From the NCBI RefSeq assembly GCF_000142905.1, contig NW_013657647.1, positions 165,142 through 229,141 of the forward strand: a DNA stretch of 64,000 nucleotides, written 5' to 3'. This DNA is from Thecamonas trahens ATCC 50062. Lineage: Eukaryota > Protista > Apusomonadida. Positions 44,801 to 55,981 of the stretch are shown here, piece by piece; position 1 is the first letter of the stretch, and each line of letters opens with the position of its first letter. Position numbers and translations under genes: made by a program. Under the pieces are notes generated by a model. The model did not search any database. It was given only the letters and a program-made list of their open reading frames with translations, and was not told where the DNA came from.

Positions 44801-46411
44801 ACCTGGAGAGAGCAACGGTGGTGCCGACGCCCTCTCCCGGCTGATCCTCAACCGCCCCGACCCAGAGTGGGAAGCCATGGCGGCAGAGGAGGACACGCGC
44901 GTGGAGAGGCGGATCAAGCGCTCTGTGGCCGCCCCAGTAACGACGCGCAGCCAAACGGCGTCACGCGACAATGCGCACATGGAGACAGTCATGGCGGCGC
45001 TGCTTTTCGACTCGGACGACGAGGAAGAGACGGACGAACCTCAGGCAGGCTCTCCGGAGCCCGCGGTGCGGGCACAGGAAGACACGGCGCTAACCGCGGC
45101 GTCGCAGACAAGACGCAGGCGGCAACGGGCAACAGCAGGCCCCCACCGTGGGCCACGCACCTTTACGGGCGAGTGGCGACTCGGGCCCGTACCGCCGAGG
45201 ACGACGCTGACATACATCCGGAAGCTCAAAGAGGACCACGCGAGACACCATCTCGGTCGAGATGCGATGGTGCACCGGGCCGTGGCACAAGGTTGGAGTA
45301 GGCCGGGAACACACAAGTGGGCACAACTTGTCGCCGACGGTTGCGCAGGCTGCCTGGCGTCGAAGCCATATCGATCGATGCATGGCGCGCCCGGGGCAGC
45401 AGTGACCGCAGGGGTTGAACTGCCAAACCAACGCTGGTCAATAGACCACGCGGGCCCTTTCACATGGGGGGCGGAGCAGCACAAGCACTGGGTGCTGGTC
45501 GCGGTGGACGCTTTCTCGGGATACACGATGGTCGGGCTGATCGCGGAGCGCACGGCGCGGGCGGTGATCGACGTGCTGGAAGGAATGTTCAACGCAGAGA
45601 ACGTACGGACACCGCGCTATCCAGCGAAAGGCGCCCCGCGTCGAGCGGAAGGTCTCCGCGGCCCAGATCACATACACGCTGACCGGGAGAAAAGCTTTAT
45701 GTCAGCGGAGATGAGGCGATGGGCCGCGCAACCCGAGCGCGCAATCCTCGTCACGGCGGCAGCAAAGGGCCACCCCAAGGGAATGGGATGGCTGAGAAGC
45801 ATGTTCAGAACATCAAGCGGGCCACCATGGCCTCCGGTTGGCACAAGCCGCTAACAGACACGCCGCATTCCTGGTTCGCAGTGATCCGGCAGGTTGTGAA
45901 CGAGTACAACTTGACGCCACGCGAGTACGACCGCCGGCCGGGACACTCTGTCGTTTCCACCCCGTACGCGCTTTTCAAGGGCTCGGATCCACAGGGGACA
46001 CGACACGAGGCAACAGTGGCAGATCGCCGGGCAGGAGTAGTCGCGGCTAGGCGGGCCCAGGAGATCGAAGGCGGCGGTCTAAACGCCGCGTCCCGCACGA
46101 CGAAAGCGTTCAAGGTTGGCGACGAGGTGTGGTGGCGGACACCCGAGGGCGCAACACATGGCCCGCGATCGCTCAAGAAGTTCAAGTACGAGGGTCCCTA
46201 TATCGTCACAAGCATCAAGACGAGGCACGATCAGACAGGTGGGACGGCCCCACCGAGAGTACCGCTCACGTATGTCATCCGCCATGCCTACGTGCGAAGC
46301 TCGCGCGACGCAGACGAGCACAAGGTGGTGAGTGTCCAGGATCTGCGCCCCGGCGCGACGATGCGGCTGGCAGGGTATCTCACAGAATTGCAGGCACAAG
46401 GAGCACAGTAG
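41802..46411 (+). CDS. Gag-Pol polyprotein with a -1 frameshift at ~45775 inside integrase
   Basis: Zn knuckles CYRCHEPGHIRRNC and CGACNSTEHALAAC; protease LIDSGST; RT DFDKAFHQ and FWMDD; RNase H TDAS/DKEL/TDS/ADALSR; integrase H..H..CAGC, WSIDHAGP, HADR, (Q)GNGMAE, GPY. First in-frame ATG at 41856. Confidence 0.93.
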
Positions 46412-46467
46412 TGCGACATCGCGAACGATCGCGTAGGTAACGGCATACCGACGCGATGGGGGCAGAT

Positions 46468-46613
46468 TGTTTCAGGAGTTACGTTTCCCCAGCGTGGCGA
46501 GGACGTCGACACACGTCAGACGGTCCAGGCGGAGTCAAAACTCCGCGATCCTCCTGCCAGAAACAGTCTAGCATTGAAGGTATCCGAAACTGTTGATCCG
46601 GACTACTGCAGCA
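46468..46613 (+). repeat. 3' LTR
   Basis: Identical to the 5' LTR. Confidence 0.97.
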
Positions 46614-47192
46614 ACAGTCAACTTGGCCGGCCGGCTCGAGTCGCTGCTGGAAGACTTCGAGGAAGTTATTCTCTTGTGTCATTCTCACGGTGCTGTGCTT
46701 GCTACGCACGCGGAGTTTTACTTGCGTGTTGACCTCGCACGTCGTATTCGGTGCGTCGTCCTGGGAGGACTGGGACCCGCGGCATTTTCTGGCGTGAACT
46801 TCGTGTCGCGCCAGGACTACTTTCGACGCGTCGGAACTTTTTGTTGCTTTTGGCGATCAGACTGCCGGTTGGATCAGCCATCAGTTATGATGCTGGATCC
46901 GGATGCCAGTCACTCTGCCCAGTCCTGGCAGGAGCGTCACTCTGTCAAGTTCTATCTTAACTTCGAAGAGGTCAGAAGTGCAATCATGGAGCCCCCCTCG
47001 GTGGGGTGGACGTTCTGGCTTTGTTATGTTCTTTACGGTCCGCGTTCACCTAAGGAGGCTCGTGTGGAGGCTATTGGTGGATTGTTCCTTTTTCTATTCG
47101 TCGTGATGTATCCTCTGTTGGCAATGTCTCTGCTGGTCACGCTGACGGTGGCTTCGTTCTGTGCTTCCCTCTACATGTTGCAGTCGAGGTAG
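46614..47192 (+). CDS. Alpha/beta-hydrolase-like fragment with hydrophobic C-terminus
   Basis: EEVILLCHSHGAVL resembles a nucleophile elbow; the frame is continuous with the interrupted upstream gene across the target duplication. Confidence 0.45.
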   Translation, partial: TVNLAGRLESLLEDFEEVILLCHSHGAVLATHAEFYLRVDLARRIRCVVLGGLGPAAFSGVNFVSRQDYFRRVGTFCCFWRSDCRLDQPSVMMLDPDASHSAQSWQERHSVKFYLNFEEVRSAIMEPPSVGWTFWLCYVLYGPRSPKEARVEAIGGLFLFLFVVMYPLLAMSLLVTLTVASFCASLYMLQSR

Positions 47193-47239
47193 CGAAGGAC
47201 TTCGCCATCATCCGTCGGCCGCAAGGTCGGCAAGAGGTG

Positions 47240-47385
47240 TGATGCAGTAGTCCGGATCAACAGTTTCGGATACCTTCAATGCTAGACTGTTTCTGGCAGG
47301 AGAATCGCGGAGTTTTGACTCCGCCTGGACCGTCTGACGTGTGTCGACGTCCTCGCCACGCTAAGGAAACGTAACTCCTGAAACA
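47240..47385 (-). mobile_element. Inverted solo LTR of the same family
   Basis: Reverse complement of the 146-bp LTR with 4 mismatches; flanks AGGTG and AGACT do not form a target duplication. Confidence 0.93.
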
Positions 47386-47536
47386 AGACTCAACTCCTCG
47401 ACGTCTGCAGTCACTCTGGCTAGCGCCAGCCACAATAGTACCAACGCGAGCGAGCCGGTCGTTCGGAGCAAAACCCAAGTCGATCTCGCTGTCTTGAGGA
47501 GCATGTGATGACATGTGATTGTTAATACTCAAAAAG

Positions 47537-47920
47537 ATGAACCCGTCCTGTGAACCACCCACGCGCACGCATCTGCTGCGGAACCTGCAGGCCGCGATTG
47601 AAGAGCTGCACCTGCAGCAGGTAGTCGCTCGACGGCGAGTCATGGCCGCTACGGTGGCTACGCGATGGTGTGAAGATTTTCCCGAAGTTCGGCAAGACGT
47701 TGCCCGATGAGGACTCCCAAACATCTTCAAGAACGATGAGGAGGAGGCGTGGGCGCTGCGTCAACTACAGCGTCTTGCGACACAGTAGTACGACGTGGTG
47801 GAAGACTGCGTCGCCGACGACGTGGAACACATCTCAGTGCGATGTCTGCCCAAGGAATCCGGGGGTAACGACGAGCGACGTTTTCGGTTGATAGTGAGGA
47901 TGGGTGGACAGATGGTGGCC
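47537..47920 (+). pseudogene. Possible degraded ORF with two in-frame stops
   Basis: One frame MNPSCEPP...QDVAR*GLPNIF...LATQ*YDVVEDC... joins track ORFs 47519-47710 and 47795 onward. Confidence 0.3.
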
Positions 47921-50671
47921 TCACTGGGTTGTGATCTGTGGTGGCTTGAAGCGCTTGAGCCAGAGCGACGACGCAACCACCGAGACAGACGAGAGCGCCA
48001 TGGCTGCGCCAGCCACCAACGGGGGCAGGGTGATCTTGACTAGCGGGTAGAAGAGGCCGGCGGCAATGGGGATGCCGACGCAGTTGTAGAGAAAGGCCCA
48101 GAAGAAGTTGTGCCGGATGCGCGCGTAGGTGACACGCGCAAGGGAGAGCGCCGTCACAACGTCGCGAAGATCAGACTTCATCAGCACCATGTCGGCCGAC
48201 TCAATGGCGACGTCGGTGCCGGCCCCGATGGCGATGCCGAGATCGGCCTTGGTCAGCGCCGGCGCGTCGTTGATCCCGTCGCCCACCATCGCCACATGCA
48301 GGTCCGCGTCCTGCAGCTCGGCGACCTTGTCAGACTTGTCGCCCGGGAGAACCTGCGAGAAGACCCGATCGTGCGCAATACCAAGATCGCGCGCAATGGC
48401 CAGCGCTGTCCGCTCGTTGTCGCCGGTCACCATCCACACCAGCACGCCAGCAGCCTCCAGATGCTCGATGACAGGCCTTGCCTCGGCCCGCGCCGTGTCG
48501 GCCACCGCCACCGCACCGGCCATCTGTCCGCCCACGGCCACAAACATCACCGTCTTACCGTCGCCTTCAAGATCCACCGCAAACCGCTCCAGCGCGTCTG
48601 GAAGCATCACCGAGTTCTCGCCCATCCACTGCCTGTTGCCGATAACAACCCGCAGCTCCTGCCCGCCATCGGCGCCCGATGCGGCCAACGTCGCCTCGAG
48701 ACCGCGGCCGGAGACGGCGTTGAAAACCGACGTCTCAAGGCTGAGCCCGCCCCGCTCTTCGGCCTCGGCCCGAGTCACCATCGCGCGCGCCAGCGGATGC
48801 TCGGACATGGACTCTGTGGCGTGGACAATGGACCAGAACAGCGCATCGCCGAGCGCGTTGGCGGCTCCGTCGAATTGCCAGGCGGTGAGGGGGAGGATGG
48901 ACGCGTCTGTGACGATGGGCGTGCCGTGGGTAAGTGTCCCAGTCTTGTCAAAAAGGACGGCGTCGATGGTGTGCGCGGCCTCCAGGGCGGTCCCGCCCTT
49001 GATGAGCACGCCGTGAGCAGCCCCAACACCAGTGCCGACCATGATAGCGGTGGGCGTGGCAAGGCCGAGCGCGCAGGGGCAGGCGATGACGAGGACCGCG
49101 ATGCCGAAGAGGAGCGCAAAGAGAAAGTTGGAGCGATTGGCCGGAACCCACGAGTCTGGGATCACGCCCGAGTAGAGCAGGATGAGCCAGACGATGAAGG
49201 TAGCGATGGCAATGGCGATGACCACGGGCACAAAGTACGAGGAGACCTTGTCGGCAAAGGCCTGGATGGCCGGCTTGGACGTCTGCGCGTCGTGGACAAG
49301 CTGCACAATGCGCGCAAGTGTCGTGTCGGCGCCCACGCGCGTCACCCGCATTTTGATGCTCCCGGTCTGGTTGATGGTCCCGCCAATGAGTGGATCGCCG
49401 ATGGCCTTGGAGACAGGCAGCGCTTCGCCGGTCACCATCGACTCGTCAACTGCCGTTTCGCCGGCAATTAACTCGCCATCGAGCGGGACGTTCGAGCCGG
49501 GGCGGACACTCAGCATATCGCCAACTTCGACAAGTGCCACGTTAACCTCGACGATCTCGCCATCATCGCGGACAAGGAGTGCCGTGTCCGGCTGCAGCGA
49601 GAGCAGCGACTCGATGGCGGCCGAGGTCCGGCCTTTGGCCACCGTCTCGAGATACTTGCCGCCGATGATAAAGGTGATGAGGAGGGCGGCGGTCTCGTAG
49701 AACAGGCCTCCCTGCTTTGTGTTGGTCACGCTCGCTTCGATCACCACAAAGAGCGAGTACAAGTACGCCGTGGTTGTGCCCATCGCCACCAGCACGTCCA
49801 TGTTGGCCGACTTGTTGCGCAGCGCGTGGTACGCGCCCACGTAGAACTGGCGGCCGACGCCAAACTGGACCGGCGTGGTGAGGACAGTGAGCAAGAGTCC
49901 CTCCCACGTCAGACCTCGCACAATCTTGCGCATCAGCATCCGATGCGTGGGTGGGATGAACATAAAGACCATCGAGATGAGGAAGATGGGCAGCGAGAAG
50001 GCAAACGCCAACCAGAACAGCTTGCGCCACTTGGCCAGCTCGCGCTCGCGCATGGCCGCCAGCGATCGATCATGCACATCGTCCGATGCTAGCGATACGT
50101 CGTAACCAAGTTGCTCCACAGCCTCAACTAGGGCCCTCGGCCTTACCTTGTCCACCTCGTACTCCACCCGCGCCTGGCCGGACATGAGGTTGACGGACGC
50201 GCCGGTGACGCCAGGCAGATCCTTGAGCGCAGCTTCCACACCTGCCACACACGACGAGCACGTCATCCCCTCCACCATCAATCTGATCTCGCCAGCTTTG
50301 CCTCTGCTCAGTTCCCTGGCATCATACCCTAGAGCGCTGATGGCCTCCACCACCTGCTCGGCCGTCACAGACGCCTTTGCACGGACCGCGGCTTCGCTGG
50401 CGAGCAGATTGACGGCAATGTCCATCACACCCGGAAGGTTGGAGACGGCCCGCTCGACGGCAGCCACGCACGAGGCACACGTCATGCCCTCCACCAAGTA
50501 CTGTGTTCTGATCAAGTCGTTCGAGTCCTGAGCGTCCGTGTCGGTCTTGTCCATGGCTGGGGCCACATTGGACTCGAGATCGCCACCGCCGCCACTCGCC
50601 GCATCTGCGTGAGTGGATGTATCGGTAAGGTCCCCATCTGAGGAGTAGTCCGAGTATGTGTAACTACTCAT
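47921..50671 (-). CDS. Cu(I)-transporting P1B-type ATPase (ATP7/CCC2/RAN1-like)
   Basis: Two GMTCxxC HMA domains, TGE, CPC, DKTGT, SEHP, GDGIND, YN, MALSS. Likely start MSSYTY at 50671; the longer track ORF overlaps the neighbouring gene. Confidence 0.96.
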   Translation of the reverse strand: MSSYTYSDYSSDGDLTDTSTHADAASGGGGDLESNVAPAMDKTDTDAQDSNDLIRTQYLVEGMTCASCVAAVERAVSNLPGVMDIAVNLLASEAAVRAKASVTAEQVVEAISALGYDARELSRGKAGEIRLMVEGMTCSSCVAGVEAALKDLPGVTGASVNLMSGQARVEYEVDKVRPRALVEAVEQLGYDVSLASDDVHDRSLAAMRERELAKWRKLFWLAFAFSLPIFLISMVFMFIPPTHRMLMRKIVRGLTWEGLLLTVLTTPVQFGVGRQFYVGAYHALRNKSANMDVLVAMGTTTAYLYSLFVVIEASVTNTKQGGLFYETAALLITFIIGGKYLETVAKGRTSAAIESLLSLQPDTALLVRDDGEIVEVNVALVEVGDMLSVRPGSNVPLDGELIAGETAVDESMVTGEALPVSKAIGDPLIGGTINQTGSIKMRVTRVGADTTLARIVQLVHDAQTSKPAIQAFADKVSSYFVPVVIAIAIATFIVWLILLYSGVIPDSWVPANRSNFLFALLFGIAVLVIACPCALGLATPTAIMVGTGVGAAHGVLIKGGTALEAAHTIDAVLFDKTGTLTHGTPIVTDASILPLTAWQFDGAANALGDALFWSIVHATESMSEHPLARAMVTRAEAEERGGLSLETSVFNAVSGRGLEATLAASGADGGQELRVVIGNRQWMGENSVMLPDALERFAVDLEGDGKTVMFVAVGGQMAGAVAVADTARAEARPVIEHLEAAGVLVWMVTGDNERTALAIARDLGIAHDRVFSQVLPGDKSDKVAELQDADLHVAMVGDGINDAPALTKADLGIAIGAGTDVAIESADMVLMKSDLRDVVTALSLARVTYARIRHNFFWAFLYNCVGIPIAAGLFYPLVKITLPPLVAGAAMALSSVSVVASSLWLKRFKPPQITTQ

Positions 50672-51080
50672 GCTTGATGCAGATGATGTAGGTGTTTGGG
50701 GAGGATGAGGTGAGTCAGGTGACTTCCTCGGATCGTTGGTAGTCATGCTGTCGGTCGTTCTCCACATTGGTTCCACTTTGCTCCACCTGCTCCACACTCC
50801 ACATTCGCTCCACATGGCAATCGTTGGAATAAATTGAACGTTGTTCTCGCCTACCCCACATGGATCCAGTTCCGCTTGATTTGTGGTTGAATGCATCCCT
50901 GATTGTCGATCTGAACACCAGGAACTACAGCTGGTGTCAGACCTGTAGGACTGTTGGGCCGCGGACGATGCAAAGAATTCGCTGTGTGCTCCACCGGCTC
51001 CACCACGGCGGCTTGGTGTGCAACGGACGCCAGCGTAAACAAATTGAACCAACGTACCTCTCTCATGGCATCGGGCGGCA

Positions 51081-52589
51081 ATGGGGGCGTCGATCAAGAT
51101 GGACGTGGGCGTGGCGGGTCTCGGGGTCGTTGTACTCTGGTGCGTGCTTGCGGGCGTGGGCGCCATCCGCACGAAACCCTCGTCGTTCGTGAGGATGCTC
51201 AACGTCCGGCGGGCCGAGGTTGTGTTTGGCATTGGCGTGCTTGCGTACCTCGCTCTTTTCGCCGCCACGGCGACGTGGGTCGGCGTTGGCGACGGGCACA
51301 AGGTCGTCTCGGCCGACAAGAGCAGCTATCTCGGGCCGTTCGTCCTCGGCAAGCTTGCCAAGCTCTGCCTCGCGCTCATGTACCTTCCTGTGCTCCGCTA
51401 CCCCGGCCTCGACCGGTGGGTGGCGGGGCGCGTCCTGCCGTTTGAGCGGCGCCTCAAGTTCCATCGCGTGTTCGGCGCTGTTTTTCTGACAGTCGCGAGC
51501 GCGCACGGGGCGTGGATGGCGATTCGCACGAAGTTCGGCCATTTCTCGGTCGGCGGGGTCTCGCTTGCGGGCGCGGTAGCGCTCGGCTTGTTTGCGGTCA
51601 TGGGTGTCGGGGCATTGCCCACCATTCGTCGCCATCACTTTGGAGTCTTCCGTGCCCTGCATTGGCTCCAGGTCCCCGCCGTGATCGCTGCGCTCGTGCA
51701 CGTCCCAGGCATCGCGCTCTACCTCGCCGTTCCTGGATCGCTCTGGCTCGCTCTCCTATTGGCCCGCACAGTGCGCGCGTGGCGTGGACGGCGGCGTGCC
51801 AAGCTCTCGGTGCTTCCCGGCGAAGCAACAGAAATATCCCTTATGTGGCCCCACGAGTGGGCCGCACCGCGTCCGGGAAGCTATGCGTTCCTTCGCGTCG
51901 GTTCGGTGGCGTGGGCGGCGTGGCATCCATTCTCGGTGGTCGATTTCGAGCCGAGCACTCGGCACGTCCGGTTCATCGTCAAGGTGGTCCACCACACGCA
52001 TGCCCAATCGTGGACGGCGAAGCTGCACGCGCTCGCGGAGCGGGGCGCTAGTCCGAGCATCTGGATCGACGGGGCATATGGCGAGCTGAGCCTCTCGCAT
52101 GCCGCACTCGCGCAGTGCAGCCACGTGGTGCTTGTGGCTGGCGGAGTGGGCGTCACGCCCATGGCTAGCATTCTGCAGCACGTCGCGGACACTGAAGCAG
52201 ACTCTGTGCAGCGCGTGACGTTTGTGTGGACGTCGCGCTCCATGGCCGACGTGTGCACGCCGTGGATCGGCTCCACACTCGAGCACGCAGGCCGGGTTCT
52301 CGGCCCCCGGCTCACGACCTCGTTTTTCCATTCGGCGCCGCCGCCGTCACGGTCGATCTCGTCGTCGTCGTCTGACTCGGCCTCCTCGTCCTCGTCCGCC
52401 ATCGCTACCTTCGAATGGACGCCTGGTCGACCCGATTTGGACCGACTGCTCGCCGAAGTGCAAGCCACTGGCTCGCCTGCACGGGCCGTCCTTGTCGCCG
52501 TGTGCGGGCCGCCGTCGCTTTGTGATGCTGCCATTGCAGCAGGAACTGAGCATGGATTTACTGTTCATGTTGAGACCTTTCGATTCTAG
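51081..52589 (+). CDS. Ferric/cupric reductase (FRE/FRO-like)
   Basis: Heme His pairs FHR...AHG and LHW...VHV; WHPFS; DGAYG; AGGVGVTP; GRPD; VCGP; HVETF. Confidence 0.92.
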   Translation: MGASIKMDVGVAGLGVVVLWCVLAGVGAIRTKPSSFVRMLNVRRAEVVFGIGVLAYLALFAATATWVGVGDGHKVVSADKSSYLGPFVLGKLAKLCLALMYLPVLRYPGLDRWVAGRVLPFERRLKFHRVFGAVFLTVASAHGAWMAIRTKFGHFSVGGVSLAGAVALGLFAVMGVGALPTIRRHHFGVFRALHWLQVPAVIAALVHVPGIALYLAVPGSLWLALLLARTVRAWRGRRRAKLSVLPGEATEISLMWPHEWAAPRPGSYAFLRVGSVAWAAWHPFSVVDFEPSTRHVRFIVKVVHHTHAQSWTAKLHALAERGASPSIWIDGAYGELSLSHAALAQCSHVVLVAGGVGVTPMASILQHVADTEADSVQRVTFVWTSRSMADVCTPWIGSTLEHAGRVLGPRLTTSFFHSAPPPSRSISSSSSDSASSSSSAIATFEWTPGRPDLDRLLAEVQATGSPARAVLVAVCGPPSLCDAAIAAGTEHGFTVHVETFRF

Positions 52590-53267
52590 TCCTGCTAGCC
52601 AGATCAAGGAGAAAGTCGTAGATGAGCGGGGGGCCTATTTTGGTCTCGAGCCACCTCTTGGGGGAAATTGAGGTCCTGTCCTCGGCTACAACTCTCGCAT
52701 CTTTGCGAACCATGTCCGCAATTTTTTCCCGCTCCATCGAAATCGACTGTGTCGACGAAGGCACACTCGAGAATCTCGAGTCCGGGATGACTGACAGCGT
52801 GGCGACGGCGGACGGCGAGGAGGTGTCGGCCGACTTTGGCTCGCATTCGAGCTCGAGCCAGAACGCTCTCCGGTTTTTCTGCTTTTCGGCGGCACGCTTG
52901 AGACGAATTGAGGTCAATCTGGTGCGAAGCGAGGTGATGAACGAGCTCGGAGGAGTAGTGATGGGCGTTCTCGGCGAGTGTGTGGCGGAGGCGCTTGTTG
53001 ACCTCGAGCTCGCATTTACCTTCCTTTCGTGGAGCAAGCGCGCCAGCGGGCTGCAGCGGCAACAGGGGATGCCGGGCAGGTTGCAGTGTCGGGAGGATTA
53101 CGTCGCGCAGTGGTGGCTCGGCCAAGCAGCAGAAGCAGTCGCGGTTGTTTGGCAAGTGTGCGACCAGCACTTGGCTGGTGTAACATCGCCGCCCTACAGG
53201 CCGACAGCGCCAAAATCCTCCAGCGCTTCGAGAAGGCCATCGTTGTGTTCCAAGCACGCCGCTAGTC

Positions 53268-55981
53268 CTACGGCGCAAAGCTCTCCTCGTGGTACTCGGT
53301 GTGCGGCAGCGCCCGCGCCGCCGCCCGGACATCGTCCGCGAGCGACGCGATGCCGCAGTAGAACACGCCCAGCGGCGTGGTGGCCGTGTGATGTGCTGCA
53401 GCGTAGCCGAGCATGTAGGGAAACTGAGGACGCCCGGCGGCAATGACCGCGTGCGCCGCGAGGCTCGTCGGAATATCGTCTGACGACGGCGGCGACGCGC
53501 CTGAGACAAAGATCCGGATGTCGGTGACGAGCCGATGTGGCGACGGCGAAAGCGCGGCATTGGCCTGGCTCGCCAGCTCAGCAAGCAGCTCAAGCAGCCA
53601 CTCATAGTCGTCAAGCGAGCGGGTCACCCACCAGAACGAGATCGTCTGCTCGCGCGCTAGCTCTCCACGCTGAGCCCTGTGGATGAGGTCTGAGACAATC
53701 GACGCGTACGGCGTCACCCCGATGCCCGACGCGATGAGGATTGCGTGTGAAAACGCGGCCACGTTGCGCGAGTCAGTTCGGAACGGCCCGGCAACCCGGA
53801 TCGAACGCCCAATCACACGGTTTGCATCCTCAGCCACCGCCTCCACTACTCTGCACGTCCACGATGATGCGCCGCCGACGGCCTTAACGTACAGCGTGAT
53901 GTCGTCCGCCAGCGGCGACGACGCGATGGAGAACGGATGCCACTCGCGCCGCGCCAGCCACGGCAGGTTGATCCAGACAAAAGTGCCCGGTGCGAGGTGC
54001 TTGTGCATGGCGGGCGTGGCGCGGAACTTGATGGCAACCACCCGGCCAGCAGTAAGCGCCGCGCCAGAGATGGCGTGCGCTTTAAGCGAGGACGCGACTG
54101 AGATCATCCGGTGGACAATGTATGCGCCGAGGCCAAGGCCCGCAAACCAGGCCGTCCGGGACGTTGTCGGGTGTACAGCGGCGATGGCCGTAGCGAGGAA
54201 GACCAGGTGGTGAACGCCGTAGAAGAGCTCAAACCAAACCTTGCGGACGAGCGGGATAGAGAAGAGCGCCACTGTGGAGAAGAGCATGAGGAGGAGAAGG
54301 CCCGAGAAGCCAAGCCACGTGGCCAGAATCACCTCAATGGCCGAGTCAGCTGTCCGATACGTCGCCAATCGCGACCTTGCCGGGAACGCCGACTCACGCT
54401 CTGCCGCCGTCGCTGCGCCCACGCGCGTTGCGCTCACCAGGTGCGCCACGCCGTGGACAAGCCCGAGAAGTACGATGGCGCTCCCGGCCAGCCGATGGAA
54501 GACAGTCAGGTGCCGGCGCGAGGGGATGAGTCCGCGGAGGAGGGTGCCGCGCGGATAGATCCGGCTGAGGAGGTTGGCCATGACAGTGAGTGGCGCGTCG
54601 AGGAGCGGGAGGAAGACAAAGAGGAGGAGCGCACGGATCGCCCCGCCACACGCCTTGGAGACCACCAGCCAGCCACCGAGCAGGCCATGCGCCGGGTCGG
54701 TGAGGCCAGCCACGACCGAGTGGTTGATCTCAAAGAGCATCGTGATGGCCACCACCGCCGCCCAGAGGACAGACGCCGGCTGCGTCGCCAGCCGTTGGTA
54801 CGCGGTGTAGGCCCAGACCACACCCGCCGCCACCATCGGGAGCGAGGCCGTGGCCGACGACATCCGCGGCGCCACGTCGAGCGCCTCCATCCGCGCCATC
54901 AGCGCCATCGGGATGGGTACGATGGTCGGCAGCTGCTCCCACAGATGCTGCGGGAGCTGGCGCACATCGCCGACGGAGCCGAGCGCGTGGACGTGCCAGA
55001 GCGTCGCGCTCAGCGCCCGGAGCTCGGCGCTCTTGGTGTAGCCAACCGCCGTCGCCGCCGCCGTCACTGCCACAATCAGCGGATCATCATCGGAGAAGTG
55101 AACCGCCACCGATGCCGGCGTTTGTAGGCGAAAGACCTTGCGCCAGGCCGCCCACCGACCGTGGCCGCTCCCTAGCACCAGGCCCATCCTTGTCTGGCTC
55201 TCCGCCGTCCATCGGCTCACAAACCTGGCGTATGCCTTCCACGTCAGCTCACCTTCGCTCTCAGCCCGCACCAAGAACGCCCGTAGCGTCCGCTTCACCA
55301 GCGCTCGCCGATTGGTGGTCGGCGAGAACCGCGCATGTCGCGAGCCGATCGGCGTCATATCCATGATCTCCCGCGCCCCGTCCGCCCGCGCCTTTGTCTC
55401 AGCCCTGGTCCCAGCGCTGATGTACCGCAGGAGGAAGAAGACAAAGGCCGATCGCAGCGCCCGCGGGCACCGCAGCGACCACGCCCCGGCGAAAAGGCAA
55501 AAGCCACCAGTGGGATGCCCTCGGCTTCGTCCGCGGCGCCGCTCAGATCGGCCAGAAACGCATAAAGAAGCGACGATTGGCCCATGGCGACGGCGAAAGC
55601 GGAGGGCCCGACGACGGCCGAAGACAGGATGGGCAGGATGTCTCCTTCGGCAAGATCGGCGGCGGCTGGGAAGAGCGCAAAGGCAAACTCGCGGGCAAAG
55701 ACGGTGGCCACGTGCGGCGGGATACCGGTGGTGGTGTAAAGGTCGCTGGCAAAGCCGTCGCTCAGCTCAATCGTCGTCACCACCGCCAAAGTTGACGCCG
55801 ATCGCCGGGCGAAGAGCGTGGCGAGGAGCGTGGGCCCAGTGCCACCGGCCGATGTCGCGCTCCACCGCGCGATGAGGTCCGGGATCCGACGGTGAAGGGC
55901 GCGACCGGGGACGCGCGGGACATTTTCAGCGTCTGAGCCAAAGGTGGCGATGTGGCCACTGGTGCAGTATCGTGCTCGTCG
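53268..55981 (-). CDS. NOX5/RBOH-like NADPH oxidase domain with a degenerate EF-hand-like N-terminal region (frame break ~55493)
   Basis: FHRLAGSAIVLLGLVHGVAH, FELFYGVHH...AVH, EWHPFSIAS, AGPF, ASGIGVTPY, GRP, GVFYCG, HEESF. The core 53268-55364 is secure; the upstream extension is inferred. Confidence 0.85.

Larger units (their letters stand above)
41633..46613 (+). mobile_element. Full-length Ty3/gypsy LTR retrotransposon (4981 bp)
   Basis: Identical 146-bp TG...CA LTRs; ACAGT target duplication at 41628-41632 and 46614-46618; domain order gag-PR-RT-RH-IN; purine-rich tract GGGGGCAGAT at 46458-46467. Confidence 0.97.

Noticed and set aside
45770-45790. Programmed gag-pol frameshift
   Set aside because: The break lies inside the integrase core, gag and pol are already in one frame, and there is no slippery heptamer.
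50672-51319. N-terminal extension of the Cu-ATPase ORF
   Set aside because: Antisense to the ferric reductase and runs through the shared spacer; no ATPase similarity.
52558-53446. ORFs between the reductase and NOX genes
   Set aside because: No recognisable motifs and conflicting overlapping frames; a small gene cannot be excluded.
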